From: a virus
Virus record (IMG/VR): IMGVR_UViG_3300044445_000048
Span: 1 to 64,000 of that record
Strand: one strand, 5' to 3'
Length of the DNA: 64,000 nt
In this document: one piece after another, positions 34,079 to 43,743 of the stretch
Layout of the letters: every line of letters begins with the position of its first letter
Numbering within the stretch: position 1 is the stretch's first letter
Translations under genes and position numbers: made by a program
Notes under the pieces: model-generated
The model's database searches: none
What the model saw: only the letters and a program-made list of their open reading frames with translations
Told to the model about the DNA's origin: nothing

Positions 34079-36343
34079 ATGATCCCGCTGCTCATCTTCC
34101 TCCGCCCCATTGATCTGGCGACAGGCAACCGCGTCGATATCCGTATCGGCTCGGCGGCGGATGCCACCCCGCTCGGGTTCGGCGGCGATCCGTGGGAGCC
34201 GCTCGTGGTGCGGCGGCCGCGGATCGCGCAGGACGTGATGAGCCTGGATCTCGACGGCAAATTCAAGCTGGCGGTTGCCGACCTGGTGATCGGCCTCGCC
34301 GGCATGAAGCAACACCCCGTACCGCAGCGGCTCTACTGGCCCGGCGCGCCGATCGTGATCTACCGCGCGGTCGACGGCGTCGCCGCCGGCATCACCATCG
34401 AATTCGCGGGGCTGGTGACGGGTGCGCCGGTGGATCTCGACACGAAGCGGGTGACGCTCAACTGCACCGTCGACCGCACCCGCATCGACAAGCCGTTCCT
34501 GGTGAATGAATTCGCCGGCACCGGCGGCGCGGAGGGCGATCCGAACGTGCGCGGCACGCTCAAGCCTGCCGGGTTCGGATACGTCGAGAGCCGGGAGTGG
34601 GTGCTGTTCGACACCGTGAACAACATCGGCATGCTCGACGGCTACGGCAACATGATCAGCGTCGTGAAGGCGTATGAGGCGCTCAACGATCTGGGCGCGA
34701 GCGTCGGCGACTTCGCCAGCTATGCCGCGCTCAAGGCGGCGATCCTGAATAAGACGATCCCGCCCGGCCGTTGGGGCACCTGCATCGCTCAGGGCATGGT
34801 CGGGCTCGGTGCGCCGCCGACCGGCCGCATCACCTTCACCGCGCAATTCGGCATCAACCGCAGCGGCGCGCTGATCAAGCGCATCCTGGCGCTCCACGCC
34901 GGCCTCGCCGCGACCGAATACGACGGCTCCTCGCTCGACGCGCTCGACGCCAGCGTGAACCGGGAGATCCGGCTGCACGTCCGCGAGCAGGTGCAGATCT
35001 CGGATCTGATCGAGGCGATCGCCCTGCCGCTGAACGCCACGCCGATCATCACGGTGCAGAACCGGATCGGCATGTCGCGCGCGACGCCGTCGACGCCGAT
35101 CGCGATCCTCAACCGCACCGCGTCGATCCAGCCGCGCGTCACTGGCTGGCGCATCGCCGAGCCGATCGAGCCCACGTACAAGATCACCTATCGCGTCGCG
35201 CGGCCGGGCGACGTGCTCACCTATGAGGAGGTGAACTATGTGGACACGATCGTCGACCGCGGCGGCTACGTAGATACGGAAACATACCGCGCCGGCAACC
35301 TGGTCGCGCTTCCGAACAAGAGCACCTGGCTCTACATCAACAGCGTCCCGACGTCGGGCAATTACCCGGCCCCCGGTCCCTACTGGCAGGCGCAGCAGGG
35401 TGCGATCGATTCCACGAGCATCACGTACAGCAACGGGCAGTCGCTAGACAGTCTCCGCCCCGCGGAGGCCGGCGCTACGCTAGGCGCGGTGTGGAACAGC
35501 AACCTCACCATGCGGCCGGCGAACCTCGCCGGGCTGGCGGGCGCGGAGCCGATCCAGAACACCGGTATCTCGATCGCCGCCAGCGGTGCGCTCAGCGGTG
35601 CCGGCGGCGGGCAGGTGACATACGGCGGCATCGGCGGCGGCCCGGTGGGGCTGCTCAATAGCGTCGACGTCGGCGGCGTGTACGCCAGCGGCTTCCTGCC
35701 CACGACGCGCGCGGTCGCTGGCTTGATCAACACCGGCGTCACGATCGGCGCGAACGGGGTGCTGTCCGGCGGCGGCGGCGGCCAGGTCACGTTCTCCGGC
35801 GTCGGCGGCGGCCCGGTGGGCGTGCTGTCCACCGTGGATCTCGGCGGCGTCTATGCATCCGGCACCCTACCGACGAGCAGAGCAACCGGCGGGCTGATCA
35901 ATTCGAACGTGTCGATCGCGAACAATGGCGTGCTTGCCGGCGGCGGCGGCGGCCAGGTGACGATCAATGGGCTCGGCTATGTCGGTTCGCTCAGCGCGAC
36001 GGAGGGCGCGACGTGGAACCAGAACCTCTATGCCCGGCCCGGGAACCTCGCCAACCTCAACGGCAATGAGGGGATCAACAACGCAGGGATCTCGATCGGA
36101 TCGAATGGCGCGCTGGTCGGCGGCGGCGGTGGACAGGTGACGCTGGGCGGGCTCGGCGCGGGCGCGCTCGCGTTCCGCAGCACGATCAACAGCGCCGATA
36201 TCGTGGTCGCCAACCTGGGCGCGATCAATGCGGAGATCGGATTCCTGGTGAGCTATACCGCGGACGGCGGCCGCACCGAGCGCGACGGCAACGGCACGCG
36301 GGTCTACAGCAGCACGCGGTTGCGCGTGAAGATGGGGCGCTGA
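34079..36343 (+). CDS. distal tail or host-specificity protein with Gly-rich tandem repeats (754 aa)
   Basis: It is the first ORF after the tape measure and has a C-terminal repeat array. Confidence 0.65.
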   Translation: MIPLLIFLRPIDLATGNRVDIRIGSAADATPLGFGGDPWEPLVVRRPRIAQDVMSLDLDGKFKLAVADLVIGLAGMKQHPVPQRLYWPGAPIVIYRAVDGVAAGITIEFAGLVTGAPVDLDTKRVTLNCTVDRTRIDKPFLVNEFAGTGGAEGDPNVRGTLKPAGFGYVESREWVLFDTVNNIGMLDGYGNMISVVKAYEALNDLGASVGDFASYAALKAAILNKTIPPGRWGTCIAQGMVGLGAPPTGRITFTAQFGINRSGALIKRILALHAGLAATEYDGSSLDALDASVNREIRLHVREQVQISDLIEAIALPLNATPIITVQNRIGMSRATPSTPIAILNRTASIQPRVTGWRIAEPIEPTYKITYRVARPGDVLTYEEVNYVDTIVDRGGYVDTETYRAGNLVALPNKSTWLYINSVPTSGNYPAPGPYWQAQQGAIDSTSITYSNGQSLDSLRPAEAGATLGAVWNSNLTMRPANLAGLAGAEPIQNTGISIAASGALSGAGGGQVTYGGIGGGPVGLLNSVDVGGVYASGFLPTTRAVAGLINTGVTIGANGVLSGGGGGQVTFSGVGGGPVGVLSTVDLGGVYASGTLPTSRATGGLINSNVSIANNGVLAGGGGGQVTINGLGYVGSLSATEGATWNQNLYARPGNLANLNGNEGINNAGISIGSNGALVGGGGGQVTLGGLGAGALAFRSTINSADIVVANLGAINAEIGFLVSYTADGGRTERDGNGTRVYSSTRLRVKMGR
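35558..36165 (+). repeat. in-frame tandem repeats (about 4 copies of ~38-50 aa)
   Basis: The unit N-x-G-(I/V)-(S/T)-I-x-x-x-G-x-L-x-G-x-GGGQVT-x-x-G-(I/V/L)-G recurs four times. The outer copies also share WN-x-NL-x-x-RP-x-NLA-x-L. Confidence 0.6.
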
Positions 36344-36344
36344 C

Positions 36345-36626
36345 ATGCTGCAAATCTGGGCGGAGGATGGGCGGCCGCTGTTGCGGCTCGGCGACCGGAT
36401 CAATCGGCGGCTCGGGTTCGTCGACGTCGCCGCGGACAGCACCGGGTACATCGACGTGCCGAAGTTTTCGGAGGGCGTGCCCTTCCATACCGTGACCAGC
36501 CTGGGCTCAGGCGACGCCGATTTCCTCGCGCGCGTCACGATCGTAGGCAACCGGCTTAGCTGGGAATATGCGGGGCGGGGCTATGGCACCCCGCAGCCGA
36601 GCCGCATCACATACGGGCTCTATTGA
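36345..36626 (+). CDS. hypothetical tail protein (93 aa)
   Basis: Track ORF tightly packed between its neighbours. Confidence 0.55.
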   Translation: MLQIWAEDGRPLLRLGDRINRRLGFVDVAADSTGYIDVPKFSEGVPFHTVTSLGSGDADFLARVTIVGNRLSWEYAGRGYGTPQPSRITYGLY

Positions 36627-37330
36627 TGGCGCTGCTCGAGATCTACAACGAGAACGGCGTCAAGCAATTCGACTCCGATGAGCAGCCGTTCAACCTGCTC
36701 GCGAAATTCGTGCTCGACACCACCGCCGTGGGCAGCGGCACCAGGACGATGGACGGCAACACGAACTCGAACGCAGTCGTGTGGCAGTTTGCGACCTTGA
36801 ACCACAATGTCCCGAACGCCGTGATCGCCTTCGCCGGCAACGGCATCGCGCGCGTCGGCGCGACGTCGGGCCTCTCAGCCACGATCCAGTATGTCCGCTA
36901 CTCCGGTAACATGGAGATCTATGTGTTCGGCACCGGTTCGGTCGGCGGCGCGAACAGCGGCTTCGAAATGTACCTTGAGGACGGCACGCTCACCATGACG
37001 GCGAACGATCTGCCGATGCGCGTCGTCGGCGGCAAAACCTACGCGCTCAATAACGGGCCAGTCGACTATACGCCGATCACCATTCCCGGCGTGAAGCTCG
37101 CCGGCATCCTCAACGCATCGTCTCAGGTGCGCTCAGTCGAGGATGATCCGATCGATCAGAACAACGATCGCGCCTACATCGGCAAAATGTTCCTGACCGG
37201 TAGCGGCAACGGCGACACGATGGGCATCACCGACGTCACATACATCACGCTGAAAATCCCGGTCGATGATGAGGAGCCGTTTGCGTACAACATCGGCAGC
37301 TATCAGGTGGTCGACGTCACCGGGTTCTGA
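36626..37330 (+). CDS. hypothetical tail protein (234 aa)
   Basis: ATG 36626 overlaps the upstream stop (TGATG). TTG 36623 is an alternative start. Confidence 0.55.
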   Translation: MALLEIYNENGVKQFDSDEQPFNLLAKFVLDTTAVGSGTRTMDGNTNSNAVVWQFATLNHNVPNAVIAFAGNGIARVGATSGLSATIQYVRYSGNMEIYVFGTGSVGGANSGFEMYLEDGTLTMTANDLPMRVVGGKTYALNNGPVDYTPITIPGVKLAGILNASSQVRSVEDDPIDQNNDRAYIGKMFLTGSGNGDTMGITDVTYITLKIPVDDEEPFAYNIGSYQVVDVTGF

Positions 37331-37387
37331 CGGATGGACCCGCGCGCTGGGCGGGTGTACGTCGGGCACGATTTAGCGGAGGGCAAC

Positions 37388-37792
37388 ATGGATTACGTGA
37401 GTGATGCGGGTGAGCTGGTCCGGCGGCTGCGCGCGTTTGCGTTCGGCGGGAACGCCCCCGCGGAGATCGAGGATCGTCTGCAATCGCTGCCCGGCGTCGC
37501 GGCCGACCAGCTATGTGACGGGGCCGAGCTTCTCTATGCCCACTACGAACTGCTCAACGACGACGGCAAGAACCTCGTCGGTCAGATCTACAACTATGCC
37601 GACGCGCAGGGGTGGAGCACGTTCAACAAGAACGGGCGCTCGGCCGAGATCGTGTCGCTCGCTCGCCGGGATCTCGGCGAGAAGGGCCGCGGCGTCGCGT
37701 TGAAGTCGGCGAAGTATCCTGAGCCTGAGACCATGCGCCGGAAAGACAATGTCGATTGGCGCGGGCCACAGAAGGAAAGTGAAGCGTCTTGA
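37388..37792 (+). CDS. hypothetical protein (134 aa)
   Basis: ATG 37388 follows GGAGGG. The track ORF start was trimmed. Confidence 0.5.
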   Translation: MDYVSDAGELVRRLRAFAFGGNAPAEIEDRLQSLPGVAADQLCDGAELLYAHYELLNDDGKNLVGQIYNYADAQGWSTFNKNGRSAEIVSLARRDLGEKGRGVALKSAKYPEPETMRRKDNVDWRGPQKESEAS

Positions 37793-38361
37793 ACCCTGAG
37801 CTAATCGAGGTGGACGTCGTGAGCGGTTTCTTCGCATCAACAGAATTCCCGCCGAGCCTGGCGGATTATCCGATCTTCGTGATGATCTCGATTTTCGGGC
37901 TCCTGCTCGGCACGCTGCTCGCCGCGCAATGGATGCACCGTCTGGTCACGGATCTATGCGATGATCCGCTGCCGTGGCGGCACCCGCTGACGATGGACCG
38001 GCTGGTCAAGATCCTGATCATCGGCGGCGCGCTCAGCCGCTCGATCCCCCGGCTGGTGCAGGTCATGGCGTGGAGCAAGCTCAGCCCCTACTGGCGGGAA
38101 TGGTTGTCGCTACAGAATTGGAACGTCAACGTTCTATGGGCGCTCCTATTCGCCGCCGCATGGTGGATTGATCGCACCGCGGCCCCCATCACCTCATTCC
38201 AGCTACGCCGCTGGCCCACCACCGCGATCCATGCCGACCTAAGGGGTTCAAAAATAAGGGGCGCTGGGCTCTTTCTCGCGGTATTGCTCATCGCGTTCGT
38301 TGTAACCTACGTGAGGCCCGCGCAACCCTATGTCGACCGTCCCGTCTCAGCTTCCGAGTAA
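37789..38361 (+). CDS. multi-pass membrane protein (TTG start)
   Basis: TTGA overlap at the start. There are three to four hydrophobic segments (IFVMISIFGLLLGTLLAA; VLWALLFAAAWWI; GLFLAVLLIAFVV). Confidence 0.55.
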   Translation: MNPELIEVDVVSGFFASTEFPPSLADYPIFVMISIFGLLLGTLLAAQWMHRLVTDLCDDPLPWRHPLTMDRLVKILIIGGALSRSIPRLVQVMAWSKLSPYWREWLSLQNWNVNVLWALLFAAAWWIDRTAAPITSFQLRRWPTTAIHADLRGSKIRGAGLFLAVLLIAFVVTYVRPAQPYVDRPVSASE

Positions 38362-38842
38362 CGGGTCGGCCGTTCAGAACATCGCGGGGATGGCGACCAG
38401 CGCCGCCGTATCCCCGGTTGCGCCGATCATCGTCAGCGTCACGGTGTTCGAGGGGATCTCGATCCTGCTCGGCGTGCTCGGCGTCATCCTCGCCCGTCTC
38501 GTCTACGTCGACGCGGAAAATAAGAAGCTCGGCCGCCGGCAGACGGTGCGCGAGACCATGCCCTTGACGATGGTCGCGCTGCTCATCGCCGGCCCATTCA
38601 TTTGGAAGCACCGCGACGCGATCACCGTGACGCCGCTGCTCGGCCTAGGCATTGGCTGGTCGGCGCTCCTTCTGCTCAAGCTGGCAGGCACCGCGGTGGC
38701 GGCAGGCGGCCGCGCGTTCGTCGGCGAGCTCGCGCGCACGATCGGCGCAGACACCGCACCGATTCGGAAGCACGATCCTGAAATGGACGCCTCGATCGCT
38801 AGGCTCGACGATGTGGACGATAGCCCCGGCCCCAAGGTATAG
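38330..38842 (+). CDS. multi-pass membrane protein (start uncertain; ATG 38390 is an alternative)
   Basis: Hydrophobic segments include IIVSVTVFEGISILLGVLGVILARLV, LTMVALLIAGPFIW and LLGLGIGWSALLLLKLAG. Confidence 0.5.
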   Translation: MSTVPSQLPSNGSAVQNIAGMATSAAVSPVAPIIVSVTVFEGISILLGVLGVILARLVYVDAENKKLGRRQTVRETMPLTMVALLIAGPFIWKHRDAITVTPLLGLGIGWSALLLLKLAGTAVAAGGRAFVGELARTIGADTAPIRKHDPEMDASIARLDDVDDSPGPKV

Positions 38843-38848
38843 CGGGCC

Positions 38849-39220
38849 ATGCCTGCTACACCCGCCGATATCGCCCGCTACACCCAAGACGGTGTCGCGA
38901 TCACGTACAAGGATACGGTGCTCAAGGCCGCGCAGCCGAACGCGATCGATGCCGGCGAGATCCCGACGCTGTTCCGATACGAAGCGGACGGGCTGGCGAT
39001 GCTGAATGAGCGGGCGTCGCTGCAATCGGGCGTCGGCAAGTTTCACGAGGCGGTCGAGGTGGATGAGGTGCTCGGCATCGGCAGCATCGTGTCGGTCACG
39101 CCGATCACGCCGAGCTTCCGGGCGATCGATGAGACCAGGGATATCGACGTGATCGCGCGCACGCGGAGCACCAGCTTCGACGGCACGATCGATCGCTACA
39201 GCGTGGAGCTCGTGGGCTAA
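38849..39220 (+). CDS. hypothetical tail protein (123 aa)
   Basis: Track ORF. TAATG coupling links it to the next gene. Confidence 0.55.
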   Translation: MPATPADIARYTQDGVAITYKDTVLKAAQPNAIDAGEIPTLFRYEADGLAMLNERASLQSGVGKFHEAVEVDEVLGIGSIVSVTPITPSFRAIDETRDIDVIARTRSTSFDGTIDRYSVELVG

Positions 39221-40311
39221 TGGTTGCGATCGCATACGCCGGCCGCGGCCTCACGGATATGACGTTCAATCAGAGCGCGATCGCCGCCGGCGCGGTGGCG
39301 GTCGAGTGGCAGTATGCGACGCGCGCCGACTTCCAATACTGCATCGCGCCGCTGGTGCGGGTGGGCACCGGCACCACGCTGACGTTCCTCGGGCTCAACC
39401 GCTCGCAAACCTACTACTTCCGGGCGCGGGAGGTGATGAGCGACAACACGGTGAAGTCGTGGTCGCCGATCAAGGGCGCGACTACGCTCGCCGGCACCGA
39501 CACCGTCTACACGCCGGGCGTTCAGATCCAGCCGGCGATCATCGTGGTGCCGCAGCGGCCGAGCCTATGGGGCGGCGAGGGTATCGTTGCGGGCTATCCG
39601 GTCGAGAACCTGGGGGTGCCGTCGCCGATCGCGGCGGCTCGCCTGGTGCCGGCAGCAGATCCGTACTTCTTCTACATCGAGACCAACGGCCAGCCCATCG
39701 ACACGATCGCGCTTCTCGACACGAACTTTCCCGAGAACACCACTATCCGCTTTGCCGGCGGCAACACGCCGCAAAAGGCCGCCGGCGTTTCACCCGACAC
39801 GATCACGGCGTTCGCTCCGTTTCGCGCAACGCCGAACCTTCGCGGCCGGCGCGGCTATCACAGCATCACGCGGCTGACCACGCCGCTCACCGACCGGTAC
39901 GTGGGCGTGCTCATCTACGGCGATCGCCCGCCGGGGCAGCTTGCTCACATCACCCATGCCGTGTTCGGCCAGGCGCGCGTGCTCAAGAACTATTCCGACC
40001 GGAGTGACCAGGTGGTCGACCTGGGCAGTTTCGAGCGGCAGCGCGACGGCTCGCCGGATGCGGTCTCAGGCTTTCGGATGAAGAAAGTCGACTTCACGAT
40101 TTCGGCCATGACCGAAACGCAACGCGAAACGCAACTCGGGGATCTGGGTATGGCGATCGGCACGAGCGAGCCGGCGCTGATCATCCCGAACACGAAGGCC
40201 GGGCCGTACCTGCACGATCGCATGCTGTACGGGAACATCACCAGCCGCCGCGGCACCGACGCGAACATGCGGTTCGAGGAGACGTTCTCGGTGGAGTCGA
40301 TCATCAACTAG
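39220..40311 (+). CDS. tail or baseplate-associated protein with an FN3-like N-terminus (363 aa)
   Basis: AVEWQYATRADFQYCIAPLVRVGTGTTLTFLGLNRSQTYYFRAREV resembles a fibronectin type III strand pattern. Confidence 0.55.
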   Translation: MVAIAYAGRGLTDMTFNQSAIAAGAVAVEWQYATRADFQYCIAPLVRVGTGTTLTFLGLNRSQTYYFRAREVMSDNTVKSWSPIKGATTLAGTDTVYTPGVQIQPAIIVVPQRPSLWGGEGIVAGYPVENLGVPSPIAAARLVPAADPYFFYIETNGQPIDTIALLDTNFPENTTIRFAGGNTPQKAAGVSPDTITAFAPFRATPNLRGRRGYHSITRLTTPLTDRYVGVLIYGDRPPGQLAHITHAVFGQARVLKNYSDRSDQVVDLGSFERQRDGSPDAVSGFRMKKVDFTISAMTETQRETQLGDLGMAIGTSEPALIIPNTKAGPYLHDRMLYGNITSRRGTDANMRFEETFSVESIIN

Positions 40312-40351
40312 CCGCGTGGTATGCCGGGCTCTCCACATAGGGAGGCCCATC

Positions 40352-40819
40352 ATGCCGTTCGTTCTCGGTGCCGGATCTCGTAAGGAGCTCACCGGAGTCC
40401 ACCCCAAGCTGATCAGCGTCGTCGAACGCGCGATCAAGCTCACCACCCAGGATTTCAGCGTCCACGACGGACTGCGCACGCAAGAGGAGCAACAGGCCCT
40501 CGTGTCGCGCGGCGCGTCCAAGACGATGAAGTCGAAGCACCGTGCTCAGGCCGGCGACGGGTACGGCCACGCGGTCGACCTGGTGCCGTTCATCAACGGC
40601 AAGCTGCGCTGGGAATGGGGTGCGATCTGGCCGATCGCGTCGGCCGTGCACAAGGCGGCGGCGGCGGAGGGCGTGTCCCTGATCTGGGGCGCGGTGTGGG
40701 ATCGCAAGATGAGCCAGTACGACGGCACGATCGTCGGGCTCAAAGCCGCGGTCGAGGCGTACAAGGTGCGCCACCCCGGCCCCGACTTCCTCGACGGCCC
40801 TCACTTCCAGATCGCATAG
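40352..40819 (+). CDS. peptidase M15 (VanY / L-Ala-D-Glu peptidase-like) endolysin
   Basis: LTGVHPKLISVVERAI...DFSVHDGLRTQEEQ...SKHR...GHAVDL...DGPHFQ gives the H/D/H zinc-ligand layout of the M15 family. ATG 40352 follows GGGAGG. Confidence 0.85.
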   Translation: MPFVLGAGSRKELTGVHPKLISVVERAIKLTTQDFSVHDGLRTQEEQQALVSRGASKTMKSKHRAQAGDGYGHAVDLVPFINGKLRWEWGAIWPIASAVHKAAAAEGVSLIWGAVWDRKMSQYDGTIVGLKAAVEAYKVRHPGPDFLDGPHFQIA

Positions 40820-40828
40820 GAGCGAACG

Positions 40829-41260
40829 ATGACGAACCCGAATGACGCGACGCTCACCGAGCTCGCAAGCGGCGAAACGGCGGCGACGCCTCCCGTCCAG
40901 GTCGACGGCAATATCAACCAGGCCGGCATCATGACCATCCTGTTGCAGGTGCTCGCCGCGCTCGGCGTGCTGATCAGCTTCATGGGCCTGAGCGAGCAGC
41001 TTTGGATCGTGAAGCTGTACCGCTTCCTGCAATCCGAGCCCGCGATCCCGGTGCTCACGCTGATCGCGACGGCAGCGGTCCCGGTGGTTGCGTGGATTCG
41101 AGCACGCCGCCGGTCGGTGAAGATGGCGTTCATGGGCGCGATGCTGCCGAACCGTTTCGCTCAGGTGCGCGGCACGCTGCACCCGACCGTGCAGGCCGCC
41201 GTCGAAGCTGCTACCGAGCAAGATCTCAACGCGCCCCGCGATGTGACGCGCGGCCTGTAA
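40829..41260 (+). CDS. membrane protein, holin or i-spanin candidate
   Basis: Two transmembrane segments are present (IMTILLQVLAALGVLISFMGL; VLTLIATAAVPVVAWI). It lies adjacent to the endolysin. Confidence 0.5.
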   Translation: MTNPNDATLTELASGETAATPPVQVDGNINQAGIMTILLQVLAALGVLISFMGLSEQLWIVKLYRFLQSEPAIPVLTLIATAAVPVVAWIRARRRSVKMAFMGAMLPNRFAQVRGTLHPTVQAAVEAATEQDLNAPRDVTRGL

Positions 41261-41267
41261 CGGGAGG

Positions 41268-41666
41268 ATGAAGATGAAATTCATGATGTGGTGGCCGTGC
41301 CTCGCCGCGCTCAGCGTTGCGACCGCGGCCTGCTCGCCGGCGACGCTCGAGCCTAATTGGAACGCGGGTCCACCCCCGCAGCACTCCACCACGGCGGCGG
41401 CCGACGCGATCGCGGTGCAGGCCGCGCAGAAGCTCGTCGTAGCGAACGAGTCCTATCAGTCGGCGGTGCTGTTGATGGAGACGGCGGTCGACGCCGGGCT
41501 CGTGAACAAGCCTCGAGCGATTGTGTTGAAGGAGCTCAGCGATACGGCGGCCGCCGCTCTCGCGCGCGCGGGCGAAACCACGATCGCGGTCAGCGACAAG
41601 CTATACTGGATCGAGAAGGCCAGTGACGCCGCCGACGCGATCAAGCGCCTGCTCGGCGGCCGCTGA
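41268..41666 (+). CDS. lipoprotein, o-spanin-like candidate
   Basis: The signal peptide and lipobox read MKMKFMMWWPCLAALSVATAAC. Confidence 0.55.
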   Translation: MKMKFMMWWPCLAALSVATAACSPATLEPNWNAGPPPQHSTTAAADAIAVQAAQKLVVANESYQSAVLLMETAVDAGLVNKPRAIVLKELSDTAAAALARAGETTIAVSDKLYWIEKASDAADAIKRLLGGR

Positions 41667-41697
41667 TCAGATGCACACCCAAGACGAGGACGCGGTT

Positions 41698-41928
41698 ATG
41701 ACTCTGGACGTAGATTCCCTGTTGAAGCTGGCGGGCACCGCGGTGTCGATCGCGCAGCACGGTGCCGAGCTCGTCGAGCAGGTGGCGGCATCGGTAGAGC
41801 GGTCGAAGGCTGCGCTGGCGGAGAAGGATCTCGAGACCCTCACCCAGATGCTTGATCAGTCGCAGAAGCGCACGGCGGCGGCGCATGCCCGGCTGGATGA
41901 GAAGCTGAACCGCATCATCAACCGCTGA
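41698..41928 (+). CDS. hypothetical coiled-coil protein (76 aa; ATG 41671 is an alternative)
   Basis: It is the last ORF of the late operon. GAGGA lies upstream of ATG 41698. Confidence 0.45.
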   Translation: MTLDVDSLLKLAGTAVSIAQHGAELVEQVAASVERSKAALAEKDLETLTQMLDQSQKRTAAAHARLDEKLNRIINR

Positions 41929-41936
41929 AATGCAAT

Positions 41937-41966
41937 GAGCCCGGCTGGTTTGCACCGGCCGGGCTC
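41937..41966. terminator. bidirectional terminator hairpin between convergent operons
   Basis: GAGCCCGGCTGG-TTTGCA-CCGGCCGGGCTC forms a 12-bp stem with one G.U pair. It sits between the stop at 41928 (+) and the stop at 42048 (-). Confidence 0.65.
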
Positions 41967-42047
41967 AAAGGGGAAATCCACAAGGGCCTCTCGAGGTGTA
42001 ACCCGACGCCCTGATGCCATAGCCCCTACAGGGGCGCAACCGCAGTT

Positions 42048-42278
42048 TTAGGACGTGATCGGCGGCGGCGTATCGTGGTTGCCGTCGTGAATCTTCTTGA
42101 GATCCTCGCACTTCTTCGCCGGCATCCTCGGCGGGCAAACGAACTCGGGCTCCGGCGTCGGTTCGGTGACAGGCCCGGATGCCGGCGGCGTCCAGGTGCC
42201 GGGGCCGGCGACGCGATCGCCACATGCGGCCAGCGCGATCGATCCGGCGAGTGCGACGAGGAATAAGCGTTTCATCAT
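42048..42278 (-). CDS. small lipoprotein (76 aa)
   Basis: The lipobox reads MMKRLFLVALAGSIALAAC. GGAG lies upstream of the start. Confidence 0.6.
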   Translation of the reverse strand: MMKRLFLVALAGSIALAACGDRVAGPGTWTPPASGPVTEPTPEPEFVCPPRMPAKKCEDLKKIHDGNHDTPPPITS

Positions 42279-42331
42279 GTATCTCCGTTGTCGTGAGATC
42301 TGCACCGTACCGCACGGCGCGGCGGCGCGCA

Positions 42332-42562
42332 CTAGGTCGGCGTGGTCGACCCTTCCCACATGATGATCGCCGGCTGATCCGCGTGCTCGAGCCCGTCGTT
42401 ATCCTCGGTGCCCATGCAAAGCGCGTCGTAGATGCTGTTGCACCCGCGGTTCCACCGGGCGGTCGCGTCGCGCTTCCACTCGATATAGCCGTCGTTCTCG
42501 CGCATCCAGATCCGCGGGCGATCGTCGCGGCCGCCGAGCAGCGGGTTCGGTTTCTTCGCCAT
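42332..42562 (-). CDS. hypothetical protein (76 aa)
   Basis: Track ORF with protein-like composition. Confidence 0.6.
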   Translation of the reverse strand: MAKKPNPLLGGRDDRPRIWMRENDGYIEWKRDATARWNRGCNSIYDALCMGTEDNDGLEHADQPAIIMWEGSTTPT

Positions 42563-42765
42563 TAGCTCCTCGCGTCTTTTTCGGCGGCGGCGGCCGCGAG
42601 CTCCCGAGCCGCGGCCGCCGGCACCGGAGGCTTACGCTCGAGCTCACGCCGGCCGACCGCAAAGGAGTGCCGGTAACACCATGAGCGATTGGCGCTCGGT
42701 TCGGGAGCGGTCGGATCATGTCCATCCACGTACCCGGCCATGTGCTCCTCATCGTCTTTGGTCAT
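42562..42765 (-). CDS. hypothetical protein (67 aa)
   Basis: ATG 42765 follows GGAGG. It contains GYVDGHDPTAPEPSANRSWCYRHSFAVGRRE. Confidence 0.55.
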   Translation of the reverse strand: MTKDDEEHMAGYVDGHDPTAPEPSANRSWCYRHSFAVGRRELERKPPVPAAAARELAAAAAEKDARS

Positions 42766-43156
42766 CAATCGCCTCCATAGTCTGCCGCTGCGCGTCGATG
42801 TTGAGCTCGACGGCTCGATCGCCGGTGAACGACGAGAAAGACGGCCGCCCCGGCTCAGGGTTGGCGCGCACCCATACGAGCGCATCGTCGATCGTCTGTT
42901 GCCACTCCTCCCGCGTGGTCGCCATGCGCGCCGGATCGCCGTGCCATGCGAGGGCGCGGCTCAGGATCTCGATCTTTCGGCGATCGTCAGGGGCCGCGGC
43001 TTTGACCACCACACCGGCGGCGTCGAGCCAGCTTAGCCGCTCATCATCGTCGAGATCTTCCCACTTGGATGACACACCTCGCTCCACCATTTCGTGATCG
43101 AACAGGGCCTTGCCGACGTGCTCCGCCGGCAGGCCGGGATATCTTTCATCAAACAT
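42749..43156 (-). CDS. hypothetical protein (135 aa)
   Basis: ATG 43156 follows AGGAGAA. Confidence 0.6.
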   Translation of the reverse strand: MFDERYPGLPAEHVGKALFDHEMVERGVSSKWEDLDDDERLSWLDAAGVVVKAAAPDDRRKIEILSRALAWHGDPARMATTREEWQQTIDDALVWVRANPEPGRPSFSSFTGDRAVELNIDAQRQTMEAIDDQRR

Positions 43157-43577
43157 CGTTCTTCTCCTGATAGGAATCGATTTCGTCTTGGACGATGAAG
43201 CTCGCCGTGCGGCCGCGCATCGGCGGCGGCGCGATCGCCCGCATCCGGTGCTTGAGCAAGCGCCAGCCACGTTTTCGCTGTCGCCGATCGGCGCTGGCGG
43301 ATAGGCTCAAGATACGCTTGGCCTCCGCGGGCTCGAGCGTGCTCAGCGTCCACTTCATCGTCGGGAACGTCCGCGTGTCTGCCGGCAGCACGATCTGCAA
43401 AAACGCCGCGGGATCGGGCTTCATGACCTCGATCGGCAGGCTGTCGAGGTAGATCTTCACCGGCGACATGCGGATCTCATCGCCGGGAGCGAGCAGGGGG
43501 ATGCGCTCGGTCATAGGAATCTCGGTGAAGCCGCACGCCCCGAGCACGCGGCCGAAAGTCCAGGGGGGCAGGGTCAT
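43149..43577 (-). CDS. hypothetical protein (142 aa)
   Basis: Full track ORF. Confidence 0.6.
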   Translation of the reverse strand: MTLPPWTFGRVLGACGFTEIPMTERIPLLAPGDEIRMSPVKIYLDSLPIEVMKPDPAAFLQIVLPADTRTFPTMKWTLSTLEPAEAKRILSLSASADRRQRKRGWRLLKHRMRAIAPPPMRGRTASFIVQDEIDSYQEKNDV

Positions 43578-43729
43578 GATGCTTCTTCCTCAGATGGATC
43601 GACGATGGTGCGCAGCGCGTCGCGCATGCAGATGAGCACCCACCGCCGGGACTTGTTGCGGGCATACGCCTGCTCGGTGTTGCGGAACGCCACCTCCCAT
43701 TGCTCAGCGGTGGCGACGGGCAGATCCAT
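43574..43729 (-). CDS. hypothetical protein (51 aa)
   Basis: Start trimmed to ATG 43729. The RBS is weak. Confidence 0.4.
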   Translation of the reverse strand: MDLPVATAEQWEVAFRNTEQAYARNKSRRWVLICMRDALRTIVDPSEEEAS

Positions 43730-43743
43730 CGGCTTCGCCGGCC

